Shown here one piece after another: positions 13,632 to 25,961 of a stretch of 64,000 bases of DNA. The notes under the pieces were generated by a model. The model ran no database searches. It saw nothing but the letters and a program-made list of their open reading frames with translations, and was not told the origin of the DNA. The position numbers were made by a program, and so were the translations under genes. Positions within the stretch are counted from its first letter, which is position 1, and each line of letters begins with the position of its first letter. The stretch lies in contig OZ024743.1 in assembly GCA_964016885.1 (NCBI GenBank), forward strand, positions 237,522,001 to 237,586,000, read 5' to 3'. This DNA is from Eledone cirrhosa. Lineage: Eukaryota.

Positions 13632-14082
13632 TGGTGACGTGATGATGATGGTGATGATGATGGTGATGGGGGTGGTGATGATGACATGACAATGGCGGTG
13701 ATGATTGTCGTGATGGTGGTGGTGGTGATGGTGATGGGGTGGTGATGATAGTGGTGATGATGGTCGTGATGGTGGTGGTGATGATGATGATGATGGTGGT
13801 GATGATGGTGATGGTGGTGATGGTGGTGATGGTGGTGGTGGTGATGGTGATGATGGTGATGATGATGGTGGTGGTGATGATGACGTGATAATGACTTGAT
13901 GATGGTGATGATGATGGTCGTGATAGTGGTGGTGGTGATGATGGTGATGGTGATGATGGTCGTGGTGGTGGTGGTGGTGATGGTGGTGATGGTGGTGGTG
14001 ATGATGGTCGTGATGGTGGTGATGATGATGGTGATGATGGTGGTGATGATGATGTGATAATGACTTGATGATGATGATGATA
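13632..14082. repeat. (GGT/GAT)n trinucleotide low-complexity tract
   Basis: Directly visible. Confidence 0.9.
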
Positions 14083-14287
14083 ATGTGTTTTCAATATAAC
14101 AAAGAAAGAAATATATTAATAGTGTAGCTGGGGGAAGGTGGAGATGATACTCGTTAAATTAAAGATTTAATGACATCCAAGTGAGGAGAGGTTAATTGTA
14201 AATATTAAGGGCAGGACCCTACTGGCTAATACCATGAAATACACCATTTTTTTTTATTCTCCTGTCCAGATAATATCTCATTATTAG

Positions 14288-15385
14288 GGGAATTGGCAGC
14301 ATCAGTAGAGGGTTGAACGCCATGCTTTCTAGCATAGTTACGTCCCTTTACAGTCTGAGTTCAAATCCCGCCGAGGTTAACTTTGCCTTTCATCCTTACG
14401 GGGTCGATAAAATAAAGTACCAGTAATGTACTGGGTAATTGCTGGCCTTGTGCCTAAAGTAGAAACAATTATTACGTGAATTGGCAGTATCGGTGGAGGG
14501 TCGGACATGCTTACCAGCATAGTTACGTCCCTTTACGATCTGAGTTCAAATCCGGCCGAGGTTAATTTTGCCTCGATAAAATAAAGTCGATAAAATAAAG
14601 TACCAGTAATGTACTGAGTAATTGCTGGCCTTGTGCCTAAAATAGAAACAATTATTACATTCCCACCATCACCACGTCATCATCATCATCACCACCACCA
14701 CTACCACCATCACCACCACCACCATACTATTATCACCACCATCACCACCACCTTACCATCACTATCACCACCACCTTACCATTATCACCACCATCACCAT
14801 CACCACCACTACCACCATCACCACCACCTTACCACCACCATCACCACCTTACCATCACTATCACCACCTTATCATTATCACCACCATCACCCCCACCTTA
14901 CCATCACCACCACCACTACCACCATCATCATCACCACCATTACAATCCAAGGCGGTGAATTGGCAGTATCGTTAGAGGGTCTGACGCCATGCTTTGCAGC
15001 ATAGAGTTATGGCCCTTTATGATCTGAGTTCAAATTCCGCCGAGGTAAACTTTGCCTTTCATCATTAAGGGGTCGATAAAATAAAGTACCAGTAATACAC
15101 TGGGATAATTGCTGGCCTTGTGCCAAAAGTAGAAACAATTATTACATTTCCCTCAAAGGCGGTCGATTGGCAGTATCGGTAGAGCGTCGGACAACAAGCT
15201 TTGCAGCATAGAGTTTACGGCTCTTTATGATCTGAGTTCAAATCCCGCTGAGGTTAACTTTGCCTTTTATCCTTATGGGGTCGATAAAATAAAGTTACCA
15301 GTCACGCACTGGGGGTCGATTTAATCGACTTTCCCCTCCCCCAAAATTGCTGGCCTTGTGCTTATATAAGAAACCATTATTACAT
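14288..15385 (+). mobile_element. Four same-orientation copies of tRNA-derived SINE family A around a (CAC)n tract
   Basis: Each copy has TTGGCAG(T/C)ATC..AGAG, CTGAGTTCAAAT(C/T)C, GTCGATAAAATAAAG(T)TACCAG and GCTGGCCTTGTGC; starts at about 14290, 14478, 14950 and 15158. Confidence 0.85.
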
Positions 15386-16889
15386 TCCCCTCTACATTGG
15401 AATGAGTCTAACTTGGTTAACCTATCACAGCTTGTGTAAATATCTTCCCAGTGCAATCAGCTCTTTGTTGCCAGATTTACTTACAGCCCTTATTTTCAGC
15501 TCCCTGCTTAACTTCTGCCACTCCTCTTCTTACAACACTTATCTATTTATTTATCATTCTCTCCCCTCTCCTACATCTCTCTCTCTTCCCTTTCCCCCTC
15601 TCTCCCCCCTCTCCCACTCTCACCCTCTCTCTATGTCAATATCTACTACTGCCCTAGTTCCTACTCCTCCATATAGTCAGCTGCTTCTGGTTAACTGGCA
15701 GAGTTAAGATATTACATCTCCAACAAATGACACAACTACCAAAGTTTTTTTAAAATATAAAATTAAAAGCAATTCTCTCAAACTGTTTCTCTACATCAAA
15801 TACTCAAATTGGGGTCTTTCTAAGATCTGTCTGGAGCAGTGACTCTCAACCGCGAGACACTTCACTCCCAGAGGAGGAATTTCACATCCCAGGGGAGGAA
15901 TTTTAGCCAAGGAAGGAATTGGGGACAAGTCTAAACTGGGGAAGAATAGTGTATATTAGATACATAATCACTATAGTGTATATTGTATATATATACCAAT
16001 AGTGTATATTGTATATATATATATATATCAAATGAAATACTAATATAACCAACTATAGTGTCATCATCATCATCAGCATCATCATTGTTTAACGTCTATC
16101 TTCCACGCTAGCATGGGTTAGACGAGAGTTGTCCCACTTGAGGCAAGATTGGTCGGGTGACCGTGTCTCGCTCGTATAGGACTGTCTGGAACTGTTTACC
16201 GTGTTACCTACATGGCCACATTACAGAGTGGACTGTGTGTTTTTTTGTTGTGACACCTACATGACCTCATTAGTTTGGACCTGGATGTTGTGGTACCAAC
16301 ATTACTTGACCCGAGGCAGTAACAATGATTCCAATAATTATGTATCTTTATCGATCATCTTTTGTTGGTCTGTGACTGGAATCTTCCAATTCCTCAGATG
16401 CTACCTTGGTAACAGTTATGTAAATATTTTGGTTTAGGGAACTAGATGGTACCTCTGGGTATATATTTCTTTTGGTTTAGGCAACCCACTGGAAGGGGTG
16501 TTTCAGGACTTTGACCCCCCACGACCCTCTCAGGAATAAATGAGAGAAGAAGATGAGAACAAACTTCAGGTTTTACCTTATTACTTTTACACCAAGGTAA
16601 CTATGAAACACATTACTCTCACAAACTTTTGTCTCACCTCCTCCTCCTCCACACAAGTTATTGTGTATCTGGCACCACTGATATACTAATTTCTTTGTAG
16701 TTGATCATTGTTTTCATATCAAAGGGCAGGAAGGCATAACAATTTTTGAGAAATTGTGGTGGGGTATGGTACACAAAAGATTAGGAACCACTGGCGTATT
16801 ATAACATTGTCCATGTGCAGTGTAGTCTATAGAGATCACTCACCACCCACTACACAAAAATATTAGCAGTGAGGTAGAGTATAAAATAA

Positions 16890-17075
16890 TTGTTTCTACG
16901 TTAGGCACAAGGCCAGCAAATACCCAGTGCATTACTGGTACTTTATTTTATCGACCCCGTAAGGATGAAAGGCAAAGTCAACCTCGGCGGGATTTGAACT
17001 CAGATCGTAAAGGGACGTAACTATGCTGGAAAGCATGGCGTCCGACCCTCTACCGATACTGCCAATCCACCGTAT
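16890..17075 (-). mobile_element. SINE family A
   Basis: Reverse complement of the same A-box/B-box/GTCGATAAAATAAAGTACCAG consensus. Confidence 0.85.
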
Positions 17076-17899
17076 AAAATAATATCTTCGTATTTTAACA
17101 CCTCTTTTCTCTTTGTTACCTGTATTTTCTTCCTTCAATCTCTAGGATTCTAATGAAGGGCATAGCCAGGTTTGATATCGACTGACTTCCACTTCTCCGT
17201 GTTAAACTTGAAGCTTTGAATTTGGTTGTATTCTCATCGTCCTGTTGGGTTTTTGTCTCTTCACCCTATATATATATGTATACATACATATGTATATATA
17301 TCTATGCAGACATAGGTATATATACATACATGAGGTTGCGTAGATCAGTATTAATTAATAAACATTTAATGGGGAGGCGCATGGCTTGGTAGTGTGTTCG
17401 GCTCACCATTATGAGTTTGATTCCCAGAAGCAGGTTGTGGCCTTAAACATCTCTATACAAAGCACTTTATGTCACGTTGTTCTGTATTTCAAACGACCAG
17501 CCTTGTCATACAATGGGGGTCGATAGGTTATAATAATGATTGATTTTACTGGTTTCTTGGGCTAAGTATTAACATCAGTATTGATTGCTTATACAGATAG
17601 TTAAAGTTGTAAAAGATATTGTATTACAGTTGTATAAATAACATTACAAAGATTTTAATTAGAAACCCTTCAAAAATGGGTGATTTTTGTTTAATAGAAC
17701 CAGAGATGTTATCATTTTAGTTGGTATCAATAGGGTTAAAGGACTAAGAAGAAATGGAGATGTACATTTTAATATTTAAAGTTACTTCTCTCTCTCTCTT
17801 TCATATATACATACATATATGCATATACAGACAAGAAGCAAATGATAAAGTAGAAAATCAAACTTTCCAGTTGTTGTCTTCCTGTTTCTTCTACAACAA

Positions 17900-18400
17900 C
17901 TACAACGGTACGCGATGGGGCCCACCCACAGCCCCGGCGGACAGAATAGAGAAGGCGTTTCCCCGGAGGACGGCAAGGGAGATGCGCTGGAAGTGCCACT
18001 CCAACTCGAGGGGCTCACACCTGCGGCTGGCCAGCTCAGCGCCTATGGTGGTGAGTAAGGAGGTAACCCTGGGGCCGAGGACACCAGAAGTCTCCACTGC
18101 CAGGGGTACGACCGCAAACCTGTTGGGGAGCGACCGGTATTTTAGGAGTTTGGCCCCGTCAGCCCGACGTGCAGCAGAACCTGGGTCAGTCGCAGACTGC
18201 ACCAGGTTGCAGCTGCAGAAAGTGTCGGTGCAAATGGCATCCCAGACAAGGGGTTTGCCAACATGGAACGGGAAGATGGTCATGCCATCGTGCCTTTTGC
18301 CATCCCCTTGATCCAGCCCCACCGGCTCGAGCTGGGAAGGGAAGCCTGCAACGTCCTTAATGACCTCGTTGAGGGCAGCATGGCGTGGAATCTGACCGGC
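17900..18400 (-). pseudogene. CRE-clade non-LTR retrotransposon C-terminal restriction-like endonuclease fragment
   Basis: Translation HAALNEVI...DGKRHDG...LVWDAIC...KLLKY...PLAVETSG...FQRISLAVLRGNA fits the RPD/WD/KxxKY/PxxxExxG pattern of RLE-type elements. Confidence 0.75.
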
Positions 18401-18429
18401 TTAAAAAAAATCATAAACAGATCTATTTG

Positions 18430-19545
18430 AAATAATTGTTTCTACTTTAGGCACAAGGCCAGCAATTACCCAGTGCATTACTGGTACTTTATTTTATCGA
18501 CCCCGTAAGGGTGAAAGGCAAAGTCAACCTCGGCGGGATTTGAACTCAGATCTATTTGAAATAATGAAACTGCAGATATTTAAAAAAAGGGGAAACAAAT
18601 GAAGGTCAAGTGCTCTGGGGTCACAGAAGAATGGGAGGGGGAAATGTTTTTGTGGTCTTGTGGGGCGCAGCACCAACATCACCGCATCCTACTCCTAGAG
18701 TCCACCCCCCTCCACCTCACATTACAAATCGTTCACAATTCTTTCAGAATTAAAATATAAGCACAAATAATTGTTTCTACATTTGGCACAAGGCCAGCAA
18801 TTATTTTATCGACCCGTAAGGATGAAAGGCAAAGTTAACCATGGCCGGATTTGAACTCAGACCGTAAAGAGCCGTAACTCTATGCTGCAAAGCATGGCGT
18901 CCGACGTTCTACCGATACTGCCAATCCACCGCCCTTATAAATACATATAATAAATACAATTAACTATTGCTAGGAACCTTACAAATATAAACACACCAAT
19001 ATATGTGATGAAATCGAGAGGAAGAATAAAAAGGGAGAAAACCAAAACGACCATCAATTCACCATCACAAGGGTCAATGGAAATTTTGAGGGAAGCCAAC
19101 ACGCTGGCAGTGTTACCACGGGTGATGGCGGGGATAAGGCGCTAGTTAAAGAGGTGGGGGCCCATTAAGCCAGAGCTACTCCTGGTTTCATCGATGTGAA
19201 ACATTTTCAGTTGAGTTGACTGGAGCAACCCGAAACAGTGTTTTACTTGGGACCACAATGTGCCACGGGTTCAGGAATCGAACTCACGTCACTACCATTA
19301 TAAACCCAACACTCTAACCACTAGTCCACACGCTTTCCCATATATAGAAGGCCTAGGGCAGTAGATTGGCAGAATCGGTAGAGCGTCGGACACCCTGCTT
19401 CGCGGCATAGTTAAGCCCTTTACATTCCGAGTTCAAATCCCGTCGTGGTTAGCTTTTCCTTTCATCCTTACAGGATCGATAAAATATAGTACCAGTCACA
19501 ATTTTCCTCCCCAAATTGCTGGCCTTGTGCCTAAATCAGAAACCA
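18430..19545. mobile_element. SINE family A copies (18430-18552 minus, 18770-18935 minus, 19357-19545 plus)
   Basis: Same consensus blocks as the other family A copies. Confidence 0.8.
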
Positions 19546-20280
19546 TATATAGAAGGCCTCAAAATGTGGGGAGGGGTACAACTGATTAGATGGACCTCAT
19601 TATTTAACTGGTACATAAGTTATCAACCCTGGAAGGATGAAAGACATTTTAACACAAACTGTAAAGTTGTGAATACATTAATCTCAGCTTGAAATATTTC
19701 TAACAACATTCCATGATTTCTGTTGAAAGTCGCCAGCCTCTTGCGTTAAAACAACTTTAGAGAATACTTGAAATGTTGTGATATGTAGCAAGAGAGGCAC
19801 TGTCGGCTTTTTAAAGACTGATTACTTTGGTTGGAACAAAAGTTAGAGAAAATACAGCCAATGGGGTTTTATTTTTTATTTTTGGATAAGTTGTAGGTCA
19901 ATGAGTTCGGAGGTACACAGCTCGGTGTAGGGCGGGGGCGGGATGACTCCGTATCGGTGGAGGTTAAAAAAGTTCTTTTACTGAAATCTTTGTAATGTTT
20001 GCACTTAATAACATCCTAGTTTTGCTGAACCTGTTCAACGATGAATTTTTCTGGTTTGATAGTATTTGGTCCTTTTATTTAGGGGTTTAAGATATAAGGG
20101 ATAGTAGTTAGACATGGTCACTAAGTGCAGTCGAGAGGACGATGGTGATAAAGGAAAGACAAGGAAAAGAAAAGAAATAAAAACGCCGTGTCAACATGTC
20201 CTCCCTTGTGAATATTGAAATGACGTGATCTTAAACAGACGTTCAGAATTGGAAAAACAGAATTATTTGAAAAGATTAAC

Positions 20281-20576
20281 GGCGGTCTGTGATAGATAAC
20301 TTGTTCTGTGATAGATACGGCGGTCTGTGATAGATAACTTGTTCTGTGATAGATACGGCGGTCTGTGATAGATAACTTGTTCTGTGATAGATACGGCGGT
20401 CTGTGATAGATAACTTGTTCTGTGATAGATACGGTGGTCTGTGATAGATAACTTGTTCTGTGATAGATACGGTGGTCTGTGATAGATAACTTGTTCTGTG
20501 ATAGATACGGTGGTCTGTGATAGATAACTTGTTCTGTGATAGATACGGCGGTCTGTGATAGATAACTTGTTCTGTG
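20281..20576. repeat. 38-bp minisatellite (internally dimeric), about 8 copies
   Basis: Unit GGCGGTCTGTGATAGATAACTTGTTCTGTGATAGATAC. Confidence 0.95.
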
Positions 20577-20777
20577 GTAACTTGGTCTGCATCGTTGGTG
20601 GTCGATTATAATTAGTGAAGCTGACTCCAGGAACAAATATAGTTGTCATTCATTGTTTCATTAGCATTTGAAAACTACTTAAAGTCTACCCTACCAAATG
20701 TACAAATGGTTCTCATCATGTCTCCACCACCACAACGTATAAATGACATATGCGTAAATACACATACAAACATGCAC

Positions 20778-20819
<42 letters not shown>

Positions 20820-21011
20820 AACTTAACAGAGAGTGTGTTCTGTTATTATTTCAACAATATTACCCTCCCCAAGTATAACAATATATATATATATTTAATA
20901 TAGAAAAGCTTCTACAGGACTAGAACTGTTTCATTCGTGAGAAATCATCATACTCAGCTATGTATTGAGTACCTTACTTACTGTGGTTACCTCCTATTGA
21001 ACCCGGAATAA

Positions 21012-21053
<42 letters not shown>

Positions 21054-21114
21054 TATATATACATATATCAAAATAAAGATCCGAAGGCATGGTATAAATT
21101 TCCAGTCATTTTAA

Positions 21115-21188
21115 TCACGACACATGTTTCAATAAGAGATAGCTCGATCGTGTGGTCAAGATCGATTATCACTGATCTCATCAGGTGA
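21115..21188 (-). ncRNA. Type I hammerhead ribozyme motif, complete core
   Basis: Minus strand: TCAC-CTGATGA-(GAT..GATA..TCGATC/GATCGA..TATC..ATT)-GAAA-CATGTG-TC-GTGA; GUC cleavage triplet. Confidence 0.75.
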
Positions 21189-21446
21189 ATAATGAAATGT
21201 TTTCAAATCTTTGATATGAGGGGGGGGGGGGGGGGAACTAACGATGTTCACTCACTAGAGTTTTGTTCCCCATATGAAGATTCAGCAGCCAAAACACGCC
21301 AACTGCTATCGACTTCAGTCAGGGTCATAAATCTATCAAGTCTCTATCTCTGAATAGCTGTAAAAAACGCTGGACATGTCTAATCTCAATTGTAATACGT
21401 AATAAATTGTGTTCCGATGCATCACTTATTCCTCGTTTTCCATATT

Positions 21447-21498
<52 letters not shown>

Positions 21499-22334
21499 AG
21501 GGTGTTAAAGTTTGCTTGAAGCATTGTGAAATGTGTAAAAATACGTATTTAAGAAAGCCACAACAATGCAAAGGGAAATCTCGAGGTAGGAAGTGAAATA
21601 TAGATAGGAAAACAGGTGAAAGTGAAAGTTGAGAGAGACAAAGATGAAAACAAAACAAAGGTAGAAGGGTTACCGTAGTAGAGATTTTAATTCCAATATT
21701 TCGGGCTCACGCCCATCAACGGGGGAAAAGTTCCAAAAGGGGGGAAAACAGGCCAAGCGGAGAAAGTGGTGATGTCGTTAAGACAGGAATGCCGTTATGG
21801 GGAGAAAAATATTTAAAATTTAAACGAGGGAGAGAATGCGCGTGCGCGTGATAAGCTGTGGCAAAAGCTACTGACCAAATGGGTTAAATCAAAATACTGC
21901 GTTAGCGTGTGAAAGCCTTAAGATATGTGTATGTAAATATATATGTGTGTGTGACTGTGTGTGTATAAGTGTAAGTGTGTATATGTGTGAGTGTGTGTGT
22001 GTGTGAAAGATAGTGGGCTGTAGAAGTTGGAAATCAAAGGGTGTGAAAGGTGGTAGGTTGTAAAATATGTGTGCGTGTATAAATATAGAAGTGTGTGTGT
22101 GTAAGCGTGTGGGTATACATGTGTGTGTGTAACTGTGTATGTATATGTGTGAGTGCGTATGTGTGTGAAAGATAGTGGGCTGTAGAAGCTGGAAATCAAA
22201 GGGTGTGAAAGGTGGTAGGTTGTGAAAACATGTGTGCGTGTAAAATATAGAAGTGTGTGTGCATGCGTATGGGTATGCATATACGTGCGTGTGTGTGAAT
22301 ATAGCAGGCCGTAGGCTGTGAATGGTCATTATGG

Positions 22335-23711
22335 TTAAATTAGCCATGTCAGCTCATTTCTCTCAGCCCGGTTGTTAAGTGGGGGTCTGAGGTTCTTAAT
22401 AACAAGTGCTTCCTTTATCCTTAAGGATCCGATGCTGCGTTCAGTCGCTAGGACTGTGACCAAGGGTCTACCCTGTGGGTTTCCGCATTTGAGGATATGT
22501 TTACGGAAGGAAGATGCGTTGGTGTTGATATGTTCCTTGATACGAACATGTAGGGGTCGGATGGTGCTACCTATGTAAAACTTGTTACATTTATCGCATT
22601 GAATCTTATATACGACATAGGTGCGTAGGCAATCTGCCCCCCGTATCGGGCAGTTGCTGAGGGAACAAGTCCTATCTGCCTCGTAGGGTTTGTTGGAGAG
22701 GCATCTTCGCAGCGAAGGTCCTGTGTGGGCCAAATGTATGTCAAGTCCCTCCGTACGTATGGCCCTGCGGATGGCGTTCGTGGTATATTCACTCAGGTGG
22801 GGGATTTTAAAGAAGCACCTGCTAGTATTAAGTTTTCTAGTGGGTGTCGGTCTACTGGGTCTGGGGTCTCTAATTCCGTTAATCAGTCGCTTGGGATAAC
22901 CATTAGATCTGAGTAGATTACGGAATTGCGTGGTATGGGTGAGACCACCCATCGGGTCGCTGCATCTGTTAGTGATCCGTGTCAGTTCATTTAGGACATA
23001 GCCTCTCTTAGCGTTGTTGGGGAGGGCTGAGTTATAATGCACAAATAGGTCCTTGCACGCTGCTTTGCGGTAGAAAGTGGTGTTTATGTCTCCTTGTTCC
23101 GAGATGTTGATACGGAAGTCGAGGAGGGCGAGTGACCCGTCTTCTCCCGGGTGTTCGATGGTGAAATCGATGTGTTGGTCAGTATCGTTGAAGATTTGGT
23201 GAATTTCATTCGCCATCTCCCGGGAAGAAGTAAGTATCAGGATATCATCAACGTATCTGGAGTAGAAGGCGACGGCGTTGGGTTGGCAGGTATTGAGTGC
23301 CTTGCGTTCCAGGTGGTCCATGTACGAGATCGCAAGTATGCCGGACAGACTAGAGCCCATAGGTAGCCCAGAGATTTGTTTGTACGTGTGGCCGAGGAAA
23401 TTGAAGAGTGCATTATCCACAACGAAGGAGAGGAGTTGGTGGATGTCCGTGTGTGTGAGTCCGAAGCAGTGTAGGTTAGATGCTCGGACTCGTTCGGTCA
23501 ACAGGTCGACAGCTGGGGATGCTGGTACGGAGGTATAAAGGGAGACCACATCAAGACTGAAGGCATAACCGTTGTCCTTTCTGGTGTTGGGCGCCAGATG
23601 GTGTAGTCGCTCCAAGACTTCCATTGAGCTGCAGACGTGGGCTGGTAGTGTGTGTAGAATAGGTTTAAGTAGTGTGGAGAGCAGCCACGATATTTTATAG
23701 AGTGGGCCCAC
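22335..23711 (-). CDS. Penelope-like RT + GIY-YIG endonuclease, 5'-truncated (left arm)
   Basis: SLDVVSLYTSV, QISGLPMGSSLS, RYVDD, LLDF; VVYKIQCDKCNKFYIGST..R..EH..EAL.I....P.LN. No native N-terminus. Confidence 0.88.
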   Translation of the reverse strand: MGPLYKISWLLSTLLKPILHTLPAHVCSSMEVLERLHHLAPNTRKDNGYAFSLDVVSLYTSVPASPAVDLLTERVRASNLHCFGLTHTDIHQLLSFVVDNALFNFLGHTYKQISGLPMGSSLSGILAISYMDHLERKALNTCQPNAVAFYSRYVDDILILTSSREMANEIHQIFNDTDQHIDFTIEHPGEDGSLALLDFRINISEQGDINTTFYRKAACKDLFVHYNSALPNNAKRGYVLNELTRITNRCSDPMGGLTHTTQFRNLLRSNGYPKRLINGIRDPRPSRPTPTRKLNTSRCFFKIPHLSEYTTNAIRRAIRTEGLDIHLAHTGPSLRRCLSNKPYEADRTCSLSNCPIRGADCLRTYVVYKIQCDKCNKFYIGSTIRPLHVRIKEHINTNASSFRKHILKCGNPQGRPLVTVLATERSIGSLRIKEALVIKNLRPPLNNRAERNELTWLI

Positions 23712-25108
23712 TCTATAAAATATATTTTATAGAGGGCCCACTCTATAAAATATCGTGGCTGCTCTCCACACTACTTAAACCTATTCTACACACACTACCA
23801 GCCCACGTCTGCAGCTCAATGGAAGTCTTGGAGCGACTACACCATCTGGCGCCCAACACCAGAAAGGACAACGGTTATGCCTTCAGTCTTGATGTGGTCT
23901 CCCTTTATACCTCCGTACCAGCATCCCCAGCTGTCGACCTGTTGACCGAACGAGTCCGAGCATCTAACCTACACTGCTTCGGACTCACACACACGGACAT
24001 CCACCAACTCCTCTCCTTCGTTGTGGATAATGCACTCTTCAATTTCCTCGGCCACACGTACAAACAAATCTCTGGGCTACCTATGGGCTCTAGTCTGTCC
24101 GGCATACTTGCGATCTCGTACATGGACCACCTGGAACGCAAGGCACTCAATACCTGCCAACCCAACGCCGTCGCCTTCTACTCCAGATACGTTGATGATA
24201 TCCTGATACTTACTTCTTCCCGGGAGATGGCGAATGAAATTCACCAAATCTTCAACGATACTGACCAACACATCGATTTCACCATCGAACACCCGGGAGA
24301 AGACGGGTCACTCGCCCTCCTCGACTTCCGTATCAACATCTCGGAACAAGGAGACATAAACACCACTTTCTACCGCAAAGCAGCGTGCAAGGACCTATTT
24401 GTGCATTATAACTCAGCCCTCCCCAACAACGCTAAGAGAGGCTATGTCCTAAATGAACTGACACGGATCACTAACAGATGCAGCGACCCGATGGGTGGTC
24501 TCACCCATACCACGCAATTCCGTAATCTACTCAGATCTAATGGTTATCCCAAGCGACTGATTAACGGAATTAGAGACCCCAGACCCAGTAGACCGACACC
24601 CACTAGAAAACTTAATACTAGCAGGTGCTTCTTTAAAATCCCCCACCTGAGTGAATATACCACGAACGCCATCCGCAGGGCCATACGTACGGAGGGACTT
24701 GACATACATTTGGCCCACACAGGACCTTCGCTGCGAAGATGCCTCTCCAACAAACCCTACGAGGCAGATAGGACTTGTTCCCTCAGCAACTGCCCGATAC
24801 GGGGGGCAGATTGCCTACGCACCTATGTCGTATATAAGATTCAATGCGATAAATGTAACAAGTTTTACATAGGTAGCACCATCCGACCCCTACATGTTCG
24901 TATCAAGGAACATATCAACACCAACGCATCTTCCTTCCGTAAACATATCCTCAAATGCGGAAACCCACAGGGTAGACCCTTGGTCACAGTCCTAGCGACT
25001 GAACGCAGCATCGGATCCTTAAGGATAAAGGAAGCACTTGTTATTAAGAACCTCAGACCCCCACTTAACAACCGGGCTGAGAGAAATGAGCTGACATGGC
25101 TAATTTAA
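23672..25108 (+). CDS. Penelope-like RT + GIY-YIG endonuclease, 5'-truncated (right arm; element sequence begins about 23734)
   Basis: Identical peptide to the left arm; the first ~20 codons come from the fold-back junction. Confidence 0.88.
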   Translation: MWRAATIFYRVGPLYKIYFIEGPLYKISWLLSTLLKPILHTLPAHVCSSMEVLERLHHLAPNTRKDNGYAFSLDVVSLYTSVPASPAVDLLTERVRASNLHCFGLTHTDIHQLLSFVVDNALFNFLGHTYKQISGLPMGSSLSGILAISYMDHLERKALNTCQPNAVAFYSRYVDDILILTSSREMANEIHQIFNDTDQHIDFTIEHPGEDGSLALLDFRINISEQGDINTTFYRKAACKDLFVHYNSALPNNAKRGYVLNELTRITNRCSDPMGGLTHTTQFRNLLRSNGYPKRLINGIRDPRPSRPTPTRKLNTSRCFFKIPHLSEYTTNAIRRAIRTEGLDIHLAHTGPSLRRCLSNKPYEADRTCSLSNCPIRGADCLRTYVVYKIQCDKCNKFYIGSTIRPLHVRIKEHINTNASSFRKHILKCGNPQGRPLVTVLATERSIGSLRIKEALVIKNLRPPLNNRAERNELTWLI

Positions 25109-25716
25109 CCATAATGACCATTCACAGCCTACGGCCTGCTATATTCACACACACGCACGTATATGCATACCCATACGCATGCACACACACTTCTATATTT
25201 TACACGCACACATGTTTTCACAACCTACCACCTTTCACACCCTTTGATTTCCAGCTTCTACAGCCCACTATCTTTCACACACATACGCACTCACACATAT
25301 ACATACACAGTTACACACACACATGTATACCCACACGCTTACACACACACACTTCTATATTTATACACGCACACATATTTTACAACCTACCACCTTTCAC
25401 ACCCTTTGATTTCCAACTTCTACAGCCCACTATCTTTCACACACACACACACTCACACATATACACACTTACACTTATACACACACAGTCACACACACAT
25501 ATATATTTACATACACATATCTTAAGGCTTTCACACGCTAACGCAGTATTTTGATTTAACCCATTTGGTCAGTAGCTTTTGCCACAGCTTATCACGCGCA
25601 CGCGCATTCTCTCCCTCGTTTAAATTTTAAATATTTTTCTCCCCATAACGGCATTCCTGTCTTAACGACATCACCACTTTCTCCGCTTGGCCTGTTTTCC
25701 CCCCTTTTGGAACTTT

Positions 25717-25752
25717 TCCCCCGTTGATGGGCGTGAGCCCGAAATATTGGGA
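25717..25752 (+). ncRNA. Variant minimal hammerhead in the Penelope pseudo-LTR (mirror copy 21691-21726 minus)
   Basis: TCCC-CCGTTGA-T-GGGC(GTGA)GCCC-GAAA-TA-TT-GGGA; core differs from CUGANGA at two positions. Confidence 0.5.
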
Positions 25753-25899
25753 TTAAAATCTCTACTACGGTAACCCTTCTACCTTTGTTTTGTTTTCATC
25801 TTTGTCTCTCTCAACTTTCACTTTCACCTGTTTTCCTATCTATATTTCACTTCCTACCTCGAGATTTCCCTTTGCATTGTTGTGGCTTTCTTAAATACG

Positions 25900-25940
<41 letters not shown>

Positions 25941-25961
25941 GTTATATATATATATATATGA

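Larger units (their letters stand above)
21536..25907. mobile_element. Head-to-head inverted pair of 5'-truncated Penelope-like elements (4.4 kb palindrome) between (TA)n tracts
   Basis: Arms of about 2.19 kb mirror each other around 23722; both encode the same RT-GIY-YIG peptide and 3' pseudo-LTR; the only arm difference I saw is at 21692/25751. Confidence 0.93.

Noticed and set aside
15837-16793. hAT-type MITE (CAGTGACTCTCAACC ... GGAACCACTG)
   Set aside because: TIR match is loose and no 8-bp TSD is visible.
20915-20955. Hammerhead on the minus strand
   Set aside because: Core begins AUGAUGA and helix I does not pair; a decayed remnant at best.
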